Shown piece by piece: positions 18,479 to 27,900 of a stretch of 64,000 nt of DNA. This DNA comes from a virus. The notes below the pieces were generated by a model. That model saw only the letters and a program-made list of their open reading frames with translations, was not told where the DNA came from and made no database searches. The position numbers were made by a program, and so were the translations under genes. The DNA lies in the IMG/VR virus record IMGVR_UViG_3300049489_000283, positions 1-64,000 of that record. One strand, given 5' to 3'. The stretch's first letter is position 1; each line of letters begins with the position of its first letter.

Positions 18479-19825
18479 ATGAGCCAAGTACCTGTAGCGG
18501 AACGATTCGAGAAGCTCGTGGAGCGACTGGAGAGTCTCGAAAACACTCACCTCACTCGACAGCCAAAGTCGTACAGCTCGCTCAGCTACTTCGAAGGTGG
18601 CGAGACGATTCATGTCGATCCTTCGAACGTCCGTCGATCTCGACGCGATTCGGAACGACGCGGCAGCGCGTTGCTCCGTATGAGTGATCTGGTTGAAGGC
18701 GGCTACGATTCGAAGTTCAAGAGCTACTCTTCGGCTCGCGCGAACTTCGGTGAGTTCCTTTCCGGGATCGCTGCGGTTGGTAACAACCCAAACAGCGAAG
18801 CTGCTCGTCGGTTCACCGAGCGATACGATGCTTCCAAGAAGTCCTTGCTGGGTGCTCTGAAGAGCCAAGTGAAGGCCATTGGTTTGAACACCTTCGAAGC
18901 CGATTCCGCTGGCTCGCTGGTGCTTCCCGAATTCAGCTCGACGCTGATGCAGCGAGACTACACCAACGACATTTGGGGCCGCACCGACAACTACACGGTG
19001 ACCGGCAACCGGATGACGTTCCCCAAGAGCAAAGATGAAGACCGACGCGACGGCAAGCGTGCTGGTGGTCTCCGGGCTTTCTGGAAGGGTGAAGAGCAGT
19101 TGCTCGAATCGAGCCGACCCGGCGTCGATAGCGTCGAACTCAAGTTGAACAAACTTGCGGTTGTCGTCTACGTCACCGAAGAGCTGCTGGATGACTCCAG
19201 CTACGCTTTGGTCGAATACGTTTCGAACAAGGTCCGCGAGGAGCTTGACTTCGCGACGGGTGACGCCGTGTTCCGTGGCGATGGCATTGGCAAGCCGACC
19301 GGCTTCCTGAAGAGCCCCGCCCGTGTGACTGTCTCCAAGGAAGGCGGTCAAGCCGCTGCGACCTTGACCGGCAAGAACATCCTTGAGATGTACCGCCGAC
19401 GTGTGGCCAACCGCACGAAGGAGTACGTTTGGTTCACCAACCAGAACATCGAAACCCAGTTGCACACCATGCAGCTCGGGACAGGTGAAGCCAGTGTCTT
19501 GGCTTACCATCCATCCAACGGCTTGTCGGCGGCTCCGTATGGCACGCTGCTTGGCCTGCCTGTGATTCCAACGGAGTTCTGTGAGACGCTGGGCACCGAA
19601 GGCGACATCTGCTTGGTTGACCTGGGCAAGTACCTTTCGATCAGCAAGGGTGGCGTCACCGAGGACAACGACACGAGCGTTGAGTGGCTGCGGGATCAGG
19701 TGGCCTACAAGTTCACCATGCGTCTCGATGGCCGTCCTTGCGACGATTCGCCGATCATCCCCTACAAGGGACATGCGGTGAACGACACTCAAAGCGCTTT
19801 CATCACGCTGGAAACCCGAGCCTAA
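18479..19825 (+). CDS. Major capsid protein, HK97 fold
   Basis: AGSLVLPEFS, W.GEEQ, KLAVVVYVTEELLDDS, GDGIGKPTGF, TLLGLPVI, DQVAYKF.MRLDG. Confidence 0.95.
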   Translation: MSQVPVAERFEKLVERLESLENTHLTRQPKSYSSLSYFEGGETIHVDPSNVRRSRRDSERRGSALLRMSDLVEGGYDSKFKSYSSARANFGEFLSGIAAVGNNPNSEAARRFTERYDASKKSLLGALKSQVKAIGLNTFEADSAGSLVLPEFSSTLMQRDYTNDIWGRTDNYTVTGNRMTFPKSKDEDRRDGKRAGGLRAFWKGEEQLLESSRPGVDSVELKLNKLAVVVYVTEELLDDSSYALVEYVSNKVREELDFATGDAVFRGDGIGKPTGFLKSPARVTVSKEGGQAAATLTGKNILEMYRRRVANRTKEYVWFTNQNIETQLHTMQLGTGEASVLAYHPSNGLSAAPYGTLLGLPVIPTEFCETLGTEGDICLVDLGKYLSISKGGVTEDNDTSVEWLRDQVAYKFTMRLDGRPCDDSPIIPYKGHAVNDTQSAFITLETRA

Positions 19826-19882
19826 TTCGGCTTGGGTCTGAACTGAACGGAAAACCAACTTCACAATTTTTGAGATAGAGAG

Positions 19883-20422
19883 ATGGCACACGACCCTCAT
19901 GATTTGGTAATTGGCGGCAGCGTGGTTCAAGCCATTCTGCCAATCGACTTCGACAATCAGGCGCGGAACGGCGTCTGGGCTGACATGGCTGCCACGGAAG
20001 CCTTGTCGGTGGTTGTCGTGCTGGCAGCTCCTGGATCGGCTGGAGTTGGCCCGATCATCACGCTGGAACAGGCCACTGATTCGGCGGGATCTGGCGCGAA
20101 GGCGCTGAGCATCGTTGATGCTCGGTACTTGAAGGCTGCGGACATCCAGGCTCCGTCGGCCAGCGAGCTGTGGGCTGAGATCACGGCAAGCCGGACTTCG
20201 CCGCTTGCATCGTGGGATGCGGACGACGTTGGTGGTGACATCGCTGAGCTGATGGTCGTGATCACGATTCGTCCGGCTGACCTCGACATCAACAACGGAT
20301 TCCGTTGGGTGCGAGTGAAGACGGTCAATGGCGACTCGGCGGCAGCCCGCTTGGGTCAAGCGATGTACATTGCGAAGGATCGCAAGTACCAAGGTGATGC
20401 CAAGCCAAACCTGCTTGGCTAA
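19883..20422 (+). CDS. Probable capsid decoration/cement protein
   Basis: Directly after the capsid gene. ITLEQATDSAGSGAKAL...DLDINNGFRWV. Confidence 0.6.
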   Translation: MAHDPHDLVIGGSVVQAILPIDFDNQARNGVWADMAATEALSVVVVLAAPGSAGVGPIITLEQATDSAGSGAKALSIVDARYLKAADIQAPSASELWAEITASRTSPLASWDADDVGGDIAELMVVITIRPADLDINNGFRWVRVKTVNGDSAAARLGQAMYIAKDRKYQGDAKPNLLG

Positions 20423-20462
20423 GCTGACAGTTGAACTTTTGATTGTGTGGTGTAAACAATTA

Positions 20463-20491
20463 GCCGGGGGAAGGGATGCCCCCGGCTTTTT
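20463..20491 (+). terminator. Intrinsic terminator
   Basis: GCCGGGGG-AAGGGATG-CCCCCGGC-TTTTT. Confidence 0.75.
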
Positions 20492-20511
20492 GCGTTTCAT
20501 GACTAAAGGGA

Positions 20512-21336
20512 ATGGGAATGAGCACGGCGCTAACGCTTTTGTCGGACTACCATGTGCGATCGTTGATCGCCAGCGGGACTTACGAGAAGTCCTATATCCT
20601 GACGCGACTGCTGACCTATGCGGACGCTGCTGATGCAATGCTTGAGCCGCTTCCGAGCGATGTCGCCAATATGGTGCTCGGCTGGCTTCCGCAGGATTTT
20701 GTCAGGAACGCATTGAGTGCGTCCACAGCCGAGAGTCGCGTTGGATACTTGATCGCGCAGGCGACTGACTGCTTGATCTGCTTGGAGGATTGTCGCTGTG
20801 CGCTGAATGAGCAGCACGAGCGAGAGGCGAATGAGCGAGCGGCTCATGAGGCTGAGTTGGCCCGTCAGGCCGAAGAGGCTGCGAGGATTGAGCGAGAGGC
20901 TCAGGAAGCAGCGGATCGACGACTTGAGGAAGCCAAGGCCGCTCAGGTTGAGGAGCGAAAGCGATTGGCCAGGGAGGCTGCTGAGCGAGCCAAGCGGATT
21001 GCAGATCAAGAGGCCGCACACCGCCGTCGCGCTCAGGAAGAGCTGAAGCGTAGCGATGACGTGATCGCTTCTTCGGAGCCGAGTGAGTTCGTTGGTGAGT
21101 TCGTTGGATACTCTGAGGCTGAAGCTCATGCGATGCCTATCGAGAAGAGTGGCCTGCCGGTCGGGGTGGTCAACACTCTCGCCAAGATGAACCTGAAGAC
21201 CGTTGGTCAGTTGATCCTTTATGGGGAGACAGCGAGCTTCACGTCGATCGCGGGGATCGGGGAGTCTTCTGCCCAGCGGATCAAGGCGCGAATCGACGAG
21301 ATTGTTTCCAGTATCAGAACGAGCGGTGATGCCTGA
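20512..21336 (+). CDS. Coiled-coil protein with a C-terminal RNA-polymerase alpha-CTD-like/HhH domain
   Basis: MPIEKSGLPVGVVNTLAKMNLKTVGQL....FTSIAGIGESSAQRIK. Confidence 0.65.
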   Translation: MGMSTALTLLSDYHVRSLIASGTYEKSYILTRLLTYADAADAMLEPLPSDVANMVLGWLPQDFVRNALSASTAESRVGYLIAQATDCLICLEDCRCALNEQHEREANERAAHEAELARQAEEAARIEREAQEAADRRLEEAKAAQVEERKRLAREAAERAKRIADQEAAHRRRAQEELKRSDDVIASSEPSEFVGEFVGYSEAEAHAMPIEKSGLPVGVVNTLAKMNLKTVGQLILYGETASFTSIAGIGESSAQRIKARIDEIVSSIRTSGDA

Positions 21337-22142
21337 TGTTCGTCAAACTCTCGGAAGCAAAGGCGGCGATCGGTGGCGATGTCTCTGACGAGAGCGCGAT
21401 CAGTATCGCTGCTGGCATCTCGGAGTCGCTGAGCAAGGCCTGCAATCGCGTATTCCCCAGGCTGGTTGAATCGATCGCAATCAGTGGTTCTCGGGCGGTA
21501 GTGACATCGTACTGGCACGGGCTGCACCCTGGTGATCGGATTCGTGTGAATACGATGGCCGGTGGGACTCCTCTGGATATTGGAGACGTGACGGTTGGCC
21601 CCGGTGGCTACAGCCGGGATACGTTCGAGATTGAGACCAATGCCTCTGCGTTTGACCCGGCGATTGCGGGCACGATCACGTTCCGCAAGGTTCGGATGCA
21701 GGTATTCAGGACTCGTGGCGAGCCAAGCGTCTTTGTTCCGTGGAGGCCGCTAGAGAGTGTGCTCAAGCTGGAAGTCCGGTCTTCCAGTGATGTATGGGAA
21801 GAGGTTCCGGCTGATGAGTTCGCGATCTCGGGCGAGCACGATGGATTGTCGCTGACCGGTGAGGTTGAGCGGATCGGCAAGGCGTTCCCGTGTGGTCGCG
21901 ACAACGCGGCTGTTCCGAACGGTGCGAGGGTGACTTATGTTGCGGGTGATCCATTTGTGAGCCCGGACATTCTCTACGCGACGATCAATCTGATCGCGGC
22001 GGCTACCGACCGTAACAAGCGAGCAGAGTTCCAGAGCCAAAGCTACGACTACTATTCGTACTCTCGAATGAGTTCGTCAGAGATCGGAAAGCTCTTTGGT
22101 GAAGCTGATCGAATCGTGATGGAATACAAGATCCCCGTCTGA
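21336..22142 (+). CDS. Head-tail adaptor/connector protein
   Basis: FVKLSEAKAAIG, RPLESV..LEV, VTYVAG...PDI..A; position after the capsid genes. Confidence 0.7.
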   Translation: MFVKLSEAKAAIGGDVSDESAISIAAGISESLSKACNRVFPRLVESIAISGSRAVVTSYWHGLHPGDRIRVNTMAGGTPLDIGDVTVGPGGYSRDTFEIETNASAFDPAIAGTITFRKVRMQVFRTRGEPSVFVPWRPLESVLKLEVRSSSDVWEEVPADEFAISGEHDGLSLTGEVERIGKAFPCGRDNAAVPNGARVTYVAGDPFVSPDILYATINLIAAATDRNKRAEFQSQSYDYYSYSRMSSSEIGKLFGEADRIVMEYKIPV

Positions 22143-22180
22143 ACCTAGAAAACGGACTAATTCTGGGTAATTCTTAGCGC

Positions 22181-24961
22181 TTGTCACAAGGAAGGACGGC
22201 GCGAGGTATCACGGTGGATAGGACGCAGCTTGAGGATCTGTACAAGATCCTTCCGGGGATCACGTCAGCGGCACTGTATCGCCGTGGTGAAAATGGCGAG
22301 TACGACCCTGCGCAGCCGTTCCTTGCATCTGCTGTTGAGCAGCGACCGATCGACATCAAAGAGGAGGGTCTCTTTGAGGGAGTCTCGGGTGAGGTTGAGC
22401 GATGTATCTGGCACGTTTGGGTGTCGAGTCTCACGGCGCCATGGCAGCCGACGTTCAGTCCAACTGGCGTGAAGATCGTGCGCCACTGGATCTTGAAGGA
22501 GAAAAGCGGGAAGGAGTGGGTCGTGGTGTCGTCCACGATCGAGATGTCCCGGACTCGCTGGAGACTGGTGTGCATCGAGTACCTGGGCGATCCGATCATC
22601 AACATCGTCAACGCTCCAGGGTCAGGGAAGAACAGTTCGGCGCCGTCAACTCCAGTGGTGGTGCCTCCTCCTCCGCCGGTGATTACCGATCAGCCAGACG
22701 ACGTGACGGTGGACCAGGGACAGACGGCGACGTTCACCGTGGTCGAGACTGGTGGCAGCAGCTACCAGTGGTTCGTGGATACCGGAAGTGGGTTCGTGGA
22801 GATCCCAGGTGCGACAAGTGTTTCGTACACGACGCCGCCGCTGGCTGTCGGCGACGATGGGAATCAGTACCGCCTTGTGGTCAACAGCTCTGGTGGGGCT
22901 GTGACCAGCGATCCGGCGACTCTCACCGTGGTCCCGATTGCTCCGCCGTGGATCAATGTTCACCCGAATGACCAGACTGCCGCTTCGGGCAACACCGCGA
23001 CATTCACGGTGGTGGCTACTGGCGCTGGTCCGCTGTCCTATCAGTGGCAGCTCGATAGTGGGAGCGGGTTCGCCAACATCGTTGGAGCAACCTCTGCCTC
23101 GTACACGACACCGGCTTTGGTCGAGTCAGAGGATGCTTGGTATTACCGGTGCGTAGTTAGCAATGTCGGCGGAAGCACGACCAGCAACCCTGCCAGCCTT
23201 GAGGTGTGGGCAGTGTTCGATCACTACATCACGAGCCAAGCAGAGCTGGATTCGTTCGGGGTGGGCGGAACTGGAGAGTCGATTGGGATCAGGCGAGGGC
23301 TGTCGCTTGTCGGCCAGCTCAATGCGAGAGGGAACGTGGGCGCGTTCGGCTCTGGCTCGCCTCCTGTGATCAGTGCGTTCAAGACGGCAACTGGACCATG
23401 GACGCAAAACGGCACCTACCCGGTGGTCTACCAAAGAGACTGGGATGTGTCGGCGCTGACGGTAGACATTTCGCGACTGAACCTGATTGTCAACGAGCAG
23501 TACATCACCCGCGTGACAAGCCTCGCGCTGTGCGCTTCGACTCCGGGCTCGTATTACAACGACAATGTCGGCCTCGCAACGGATGCGAATAACCTGCGGG
23601 AGATCTATTACCACCCAGCCGGAAGTACCAATCCAAATTCCGATGGCCGAGTGGTGCGGATCACGGCTTTCGATCACGCCATCGGCTTGGTCGGTCCTTA
23701 CACGATCACCGGGATCGAGGCGGACGGGAACACGCACGACAACGGGACGATCTTCACTACCCAGCAGAAGAACTTCGCTGGTGAATCTCCGTTGCCGCAG
23801 ACGCTTCAGCGGGTGCTGGCTCGTCGCGGGACGAAGCACACGGTCCTGATCGGATCAGGCGAGATCCTGGACTCCGTCTTCCACTTGCATGACAAGACGA
23901 CCACAGAGGAGCCAGCCAACGGGATCGTGGGGGTCTATGAGAATAATGTGACTGGTCTGTCTGCCGAGGTCCGAAACTCGCACATCGTCAGTTGGGAAGG
24001 GGCAACAACGCGATACCCAGGTGCAGCCCAGCAGGGCACGATGCACTCATCGGACCTGTCGGTCTACGACTCCTGGAAGTGCTACGGGAGTTCGATGCGT
24101 GGCTGCAACGGAGATACGTGGGGCGGTGGGCTTGATGCTTCCTGTGACGGCTTGTTCTTTGATCGGTGTTCTTCTGTGTCACCGATTGCGAACCAGTCGC
24201 CCACGAGCGTGGGTGATCAGTGCGTGATGGATCGTGTGCTTGCTCGGCACACTCTAGCGCTGAGCGAAATTTCCAACGGGATTGTGTACGGTCGGACCTA
24301 CTCGACCTGGAACAACTTCTGCGCGGCAATGGCTGCCGACTCCGGTGCGACGTTCCCGATGTTCATGTTCCTGCAAGAGGCGTACTGGACGTTCAACAAT
24401 GCGTGTCTGGTATCCACGACCTCTGGAACTGGCTGTGTGTTCTTTGCGGGCGGCGGCGCTGGAAACCGCGAAGTCACGTTGAACAACAGCTTCCTTTTCA
24501 CACGAGGATATAGAGCTGCCTACACACTGACTTCGATTGGAGGCACGCGAAACCTGATCATTACTCGGGACGCGAGTCCTCCGACGAACGTGGACAACTT
24601 CAACTACACCGTGAACCTGTGGGTGAATCAGACGAATGTGGCGAGCAAGCTGTCTACCTTGGGGCTGGTGACCAGCGGCAATGCAATCACGGATGTCTAC
24701 AACTTCGCCAACGCTTGCTTGCTGAATGGAATTGCCGGAGCATCGAACGGTGACTTCCGGCTCAATCCGCTGGTTGACAACCTTCAGTTCGGCGATGGCC
24801 AGTATCTCGGTGACCACAACGTCGGTGCGCAGAGCCACTGGGATTACAACGCTCAAGCGCCAGCATCAGGACCGCCGTCTCGCTGGCCGGTTCCGCCGGT
24901 CTCTCTGGCCGATGCGCGGGCGTTCATCAGCAGCCCGGCAAGCTGGAACTTCTACCCGTAA
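22181..24961 (+). CDS. Virion protein: probable head-closure-like N-domain, two Ig-like domains and a beta-rich C-terminal domain
   Basis: PVITDQPDDVTV..GQTATFTV...SYQW..D.G.GF..I.GATS.SYTTP occurs twice. Start codon uncertain (TTG 22181 or a nearby GTG). Confidence 0.7.
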   Translation: MSQGRTARGITVDRTQLEDLYKILPGITSAALYRRGENGEYDPAQPFLASAVEQRPIDIKEEGLFEGVSGEVERCIWHVWVSSLTAPWQPTFSPTGVKIVRHWILKEKSGKEWVVVSSTIEMSRTRWRLVCIEYLGDPIINIVNAPGSGKNSSAPSTPVVVPPPPPVITDQPDDVTVDQGQTATFTVVETGGSSYQWFVDTGSGFVEIPGATSVSYTTPPLAVGDDGNQYRLVVNSSGGAVTSDPATLTVVPIAPPWINVHPNDQTAASGNTATFTVVATGAGPLSYQWQLDSGSGFANIVGATSASYTTPALVESEDAWYYRCVVSNVGGSTTSNPASLEVWAVFDHYITSQAELDSFGVGGTGESIGIRRGLSLVGQLNARGNVGAFGSGSPPVISAFKTATGPWTQNGTYPVVYQRDWDVSALTVDISRLNLIVNEQYITRVTSLALCASTPGSYYNDNVGLATDANNLREIYYHPAGSTNPNSDGRVVRITAFDHAIGLVGPYTITGIEADGNTHDNGTIFTTQQKNFAGESPLPQTLQRVLARRGTKHTVLIGSGEILDSVFHLHDKTTTEEPANGIVGVYENNVTGLSAEVRNSHIVSWEGATTRYPGAAQQGTMHSSDLSVYDSWKCYGSSMRGCNGDTWGGGLDASCDGLFFDRCSSVSPIANQSPTSVGDQCVMDRVLARHTLALSEISNGIVYGRTYSTWNNFCAAMAADSGATFPMFMFLQEAYWTFNNACLVSTTSGTGCVFFAGGGAGNREVTLNNSFLFTRGYRAAYTLTSIGGTRNLIITRDASPPTNVDNFNYTVNLWVNQTNVASKLSTLGLVTSGNAITDVYNFANACLLNGIAGASNGDFRLNPLVDNLQFGDGQYLGDHNVGAQSHWDYNAQAPASGPPSRWPVPPVSLADARAFISSPASWNFYP

Positions 24962-24973
24962 CGGAGGCGTGAA

Positions 24974-27900
24974 ATGTCAGGGAATGATTGCGGGGCTAAC
25001 GCGCCTGGTGGTGGAGGATTTCAACCAGGGAACGACTGCGCTGGTGGAGGTGGATCGTTAGCGACATCCACGAAGACCGAGGGCGGCGTCACGTTCGAGA
25101 CTGGTAAGTCGGTCACGTTTGATTTCATGCGCAACACCGAGAAGTCACACAAGCCAGGGAAGACGGATCAGTTCCAGCAGAAGATTGAGCCAGCGGGGCG
25201 GTATCTGCTTCATGATTCGATCAAGAGTGGCAAAGAGGGGAAGCTGTCAGCCGGATGGGAATCTGGGAGCGTGACCTTCAAGAGTCCATTGGTGTTGAGG
25301 GTGAACACGAGTGACGACGCGATCTATGACGACAACTCTTGGAAGAAGCGTCTGAGCGCCCACTACGGCGGCAAGGTCGGCAAGAAGCTGAGCGAAGCGG
25401 TCGTTAAGGATGGTTACGACGGGATCGTGACTGTCGATAAGTACGGGACCAGCGAGATCGTTGACCTGACAGGGGTCAGTGTTTCGGGAAAGAAGAAGTC
25501 TGTTGGTTCAAGCTGTGGCGCCAATGCGCCCGGCGGTGGCGGCTTTCAGCCAGGGAACACCTGCGCTAGCGAGGGTGGTGGTGGATCGGATGGTAGCTAC
25601 ACCAAGCCGCACCGGGACGCTCGTGATCTGCCGACGGACGACGAATTTGAGAAGTACCTTCGGGACAACGCGGACCAGTGGCATCTGAGGCCGGACGGGA
25701 TCGACGACATCCTTCACAGATACCGTCGCAGCAGCGTGAAGGACAAACTGCGGACGCTGGACGCTTCCGAGTTCCCTATCAAGGAGAACAACGAGAAGCC
25801 TGAGACCGAGATCAAGGGCGACAAGAAGACCGAGAAGATGCGATTGCTCCCGAGCCGCGAGGATGTGGACCGGATCTCACGGGACGGCGCTGACGGGACG
25901 ATCAAGCCGGACGACACGATCTTCGTGCGTCATCAGACGACATCGAAATGGGAGAAGGAGTTCGTTGAGCACGGGATCGATACCCGATCAGCGCCGCCGG
26001 ATTCTCGGCTGGGGCGGTTGACCAATGTGGATGGGAATCTGGTTCAGTCGCGGATCAACGCGCCGGGGCTTTACGTGGAGCCATCGCAGGACGACCACAA
26101 CTACGGGGTGATCATTCAGGTCCAGGCGAAAGACATCAAGCCAAGCGTGGAGAGCAAAGGCCTTGGATACGAGACTGGTCTCGATGGTTTGTACCAAGTG
26201 AAAGACGCGGTCATCGAAGGCAGAGTGATCGCGCCCGAGGAGGTGGTTGGCGTTTACAAGTGGGACAGCTCTGCGAACAAGGCGGTCTGGGTTCCGAATC
26301 CAAGGAATCCGAACTCCGGGATGCTGGATGTTCAGGACGGTCGTCTTGCGCTGAAGGGCCACGAGCAGAAGAAAGCCTTCTCGATCAAGAAGCACTACCC
26401 AGGAGGTCAGGACCACGACCAGGGCAATCACGCTGGTGATGGTGGCAGCGCTACCGCTTCTGAGGGCAAACAGTCGGAGCATGTCCGACAGTGGGCGAAG
26501 AGCCGATTCGGAAGCGAGGAGACAGCGGAGCGATTCGCCTCATGGTTCGGTGAGTCGAAGGTGACGGACCAGGATAAGAATCCGATGGTTGTCTACCACT
26601 CTACGAGCGCGAAGGATGACTTCTCGGAGTTCAAGACGGACGGAGTCGGCGCTCACTTTGGGACGCTGGGGGCTGCGGATGCGCGTTCATCGCATGTGGA
26701 GAAGTTTGCCAAGAATCACCTGCTGCGCGAGCCTGGACCGGCAAGGCTGATGCCTGTTTATCTCAGCATTGAGAATCCGCTGGAGATGCCCGATCTGGCT
26801 GGCTTGTACAAGAACATGAAAGGCGAGCTGGTTCCAAAGGATGAGGTTGATGATCGGCTAGACGAGTTTTACCAGGAAGACAGGGATAATCCTCGTCGTC
26901 CGCAACCTATGGCATGGGAGAACGAGGGAGATTTCTCGACCTATCTGAGAGACAGAAACATCATCACGTCGAATGAACTGTGGGATGTCATGTACGACAA
27001 GGACAAGGCCGTTGAGCTACTGAAGGAGAAGGGCTACGACGGGATCGTTTATAAGAACGCTGTCGAGGACGCTGGCAGTGAGTCCTACATCGTGTTCGAT
27101 CCTGAGCAGGTCAAAAGTGCTGTCGGGAACGATGGAAAGTTTGACTCTGGCTCTGGCGACATCCGCAAGTCGTACCAGAAGAAGTCATCGAGCTGTGGAG
27201 CGAACGCACCGGGAGGTGGTGGATTTCAACCTGGGAACGACTGCGCTTCTGAATCTGGAGGCGGTAAATCGGGCGGCGGTAAATCCTCTGAGCGTGTTCG
27301 CGCGTGGGCAAAGGATCGGTTTGGAGACGACAGCAAAGCAGAGAACTTTGCTGTCTGGTTTGGCGAGTCGAAGGCGGTGGATGACGATGGCGACCCAGAG
27401 GAGACGGTCCCGATCGAGGTTTACCACGGGACGACGCACGACTTCGATGAGTTCGATCTGAGCAAGACCAACCCTGAATCTGACATGGGAGGCGGGTTCT
27501 ATTTCTCCAGCGATCGCGGTGACTCCCAGGGGAACTACGGCTCCGACGGACCCGACCTGACCCAGCGGATCGAGCTGATGGCGGAGCAGATCGAGTACGA
27601 CATCGATGCGGAGAACATGACAGCCGAAGATCTTGCTGATCAGTTCGAGATCACGGTCGAGCAGGCGGAGTCTGTGCTTGAAGAGGCTGAAGGCGACAAC
27701 CGTGAAGCAGCCAAGCTGGTCGCCACCGCGAAGCTGGATGGAGGCAACGAGAAGGTGCTGTCGGTCTTCCTAAAGATCGAGAAGCCTGTGTTTGTCGGTG
27801 ACCCGAAGTGGGGCAAGGGGTCACGCCGACCGGCCAGTGGCGAGACGTTCTTTGATGTGGAGTACAGCGAAGAGGATGCTGAGGGCCGGACTCCAGACGA

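Noticed and set aside
18443-20638. 731-aa minus-strand ORF
   Set aside because: It is the antisense shadow of the capsid and decoration genes, has no recognisable motifs, and is expected from GC-rich codon bias.
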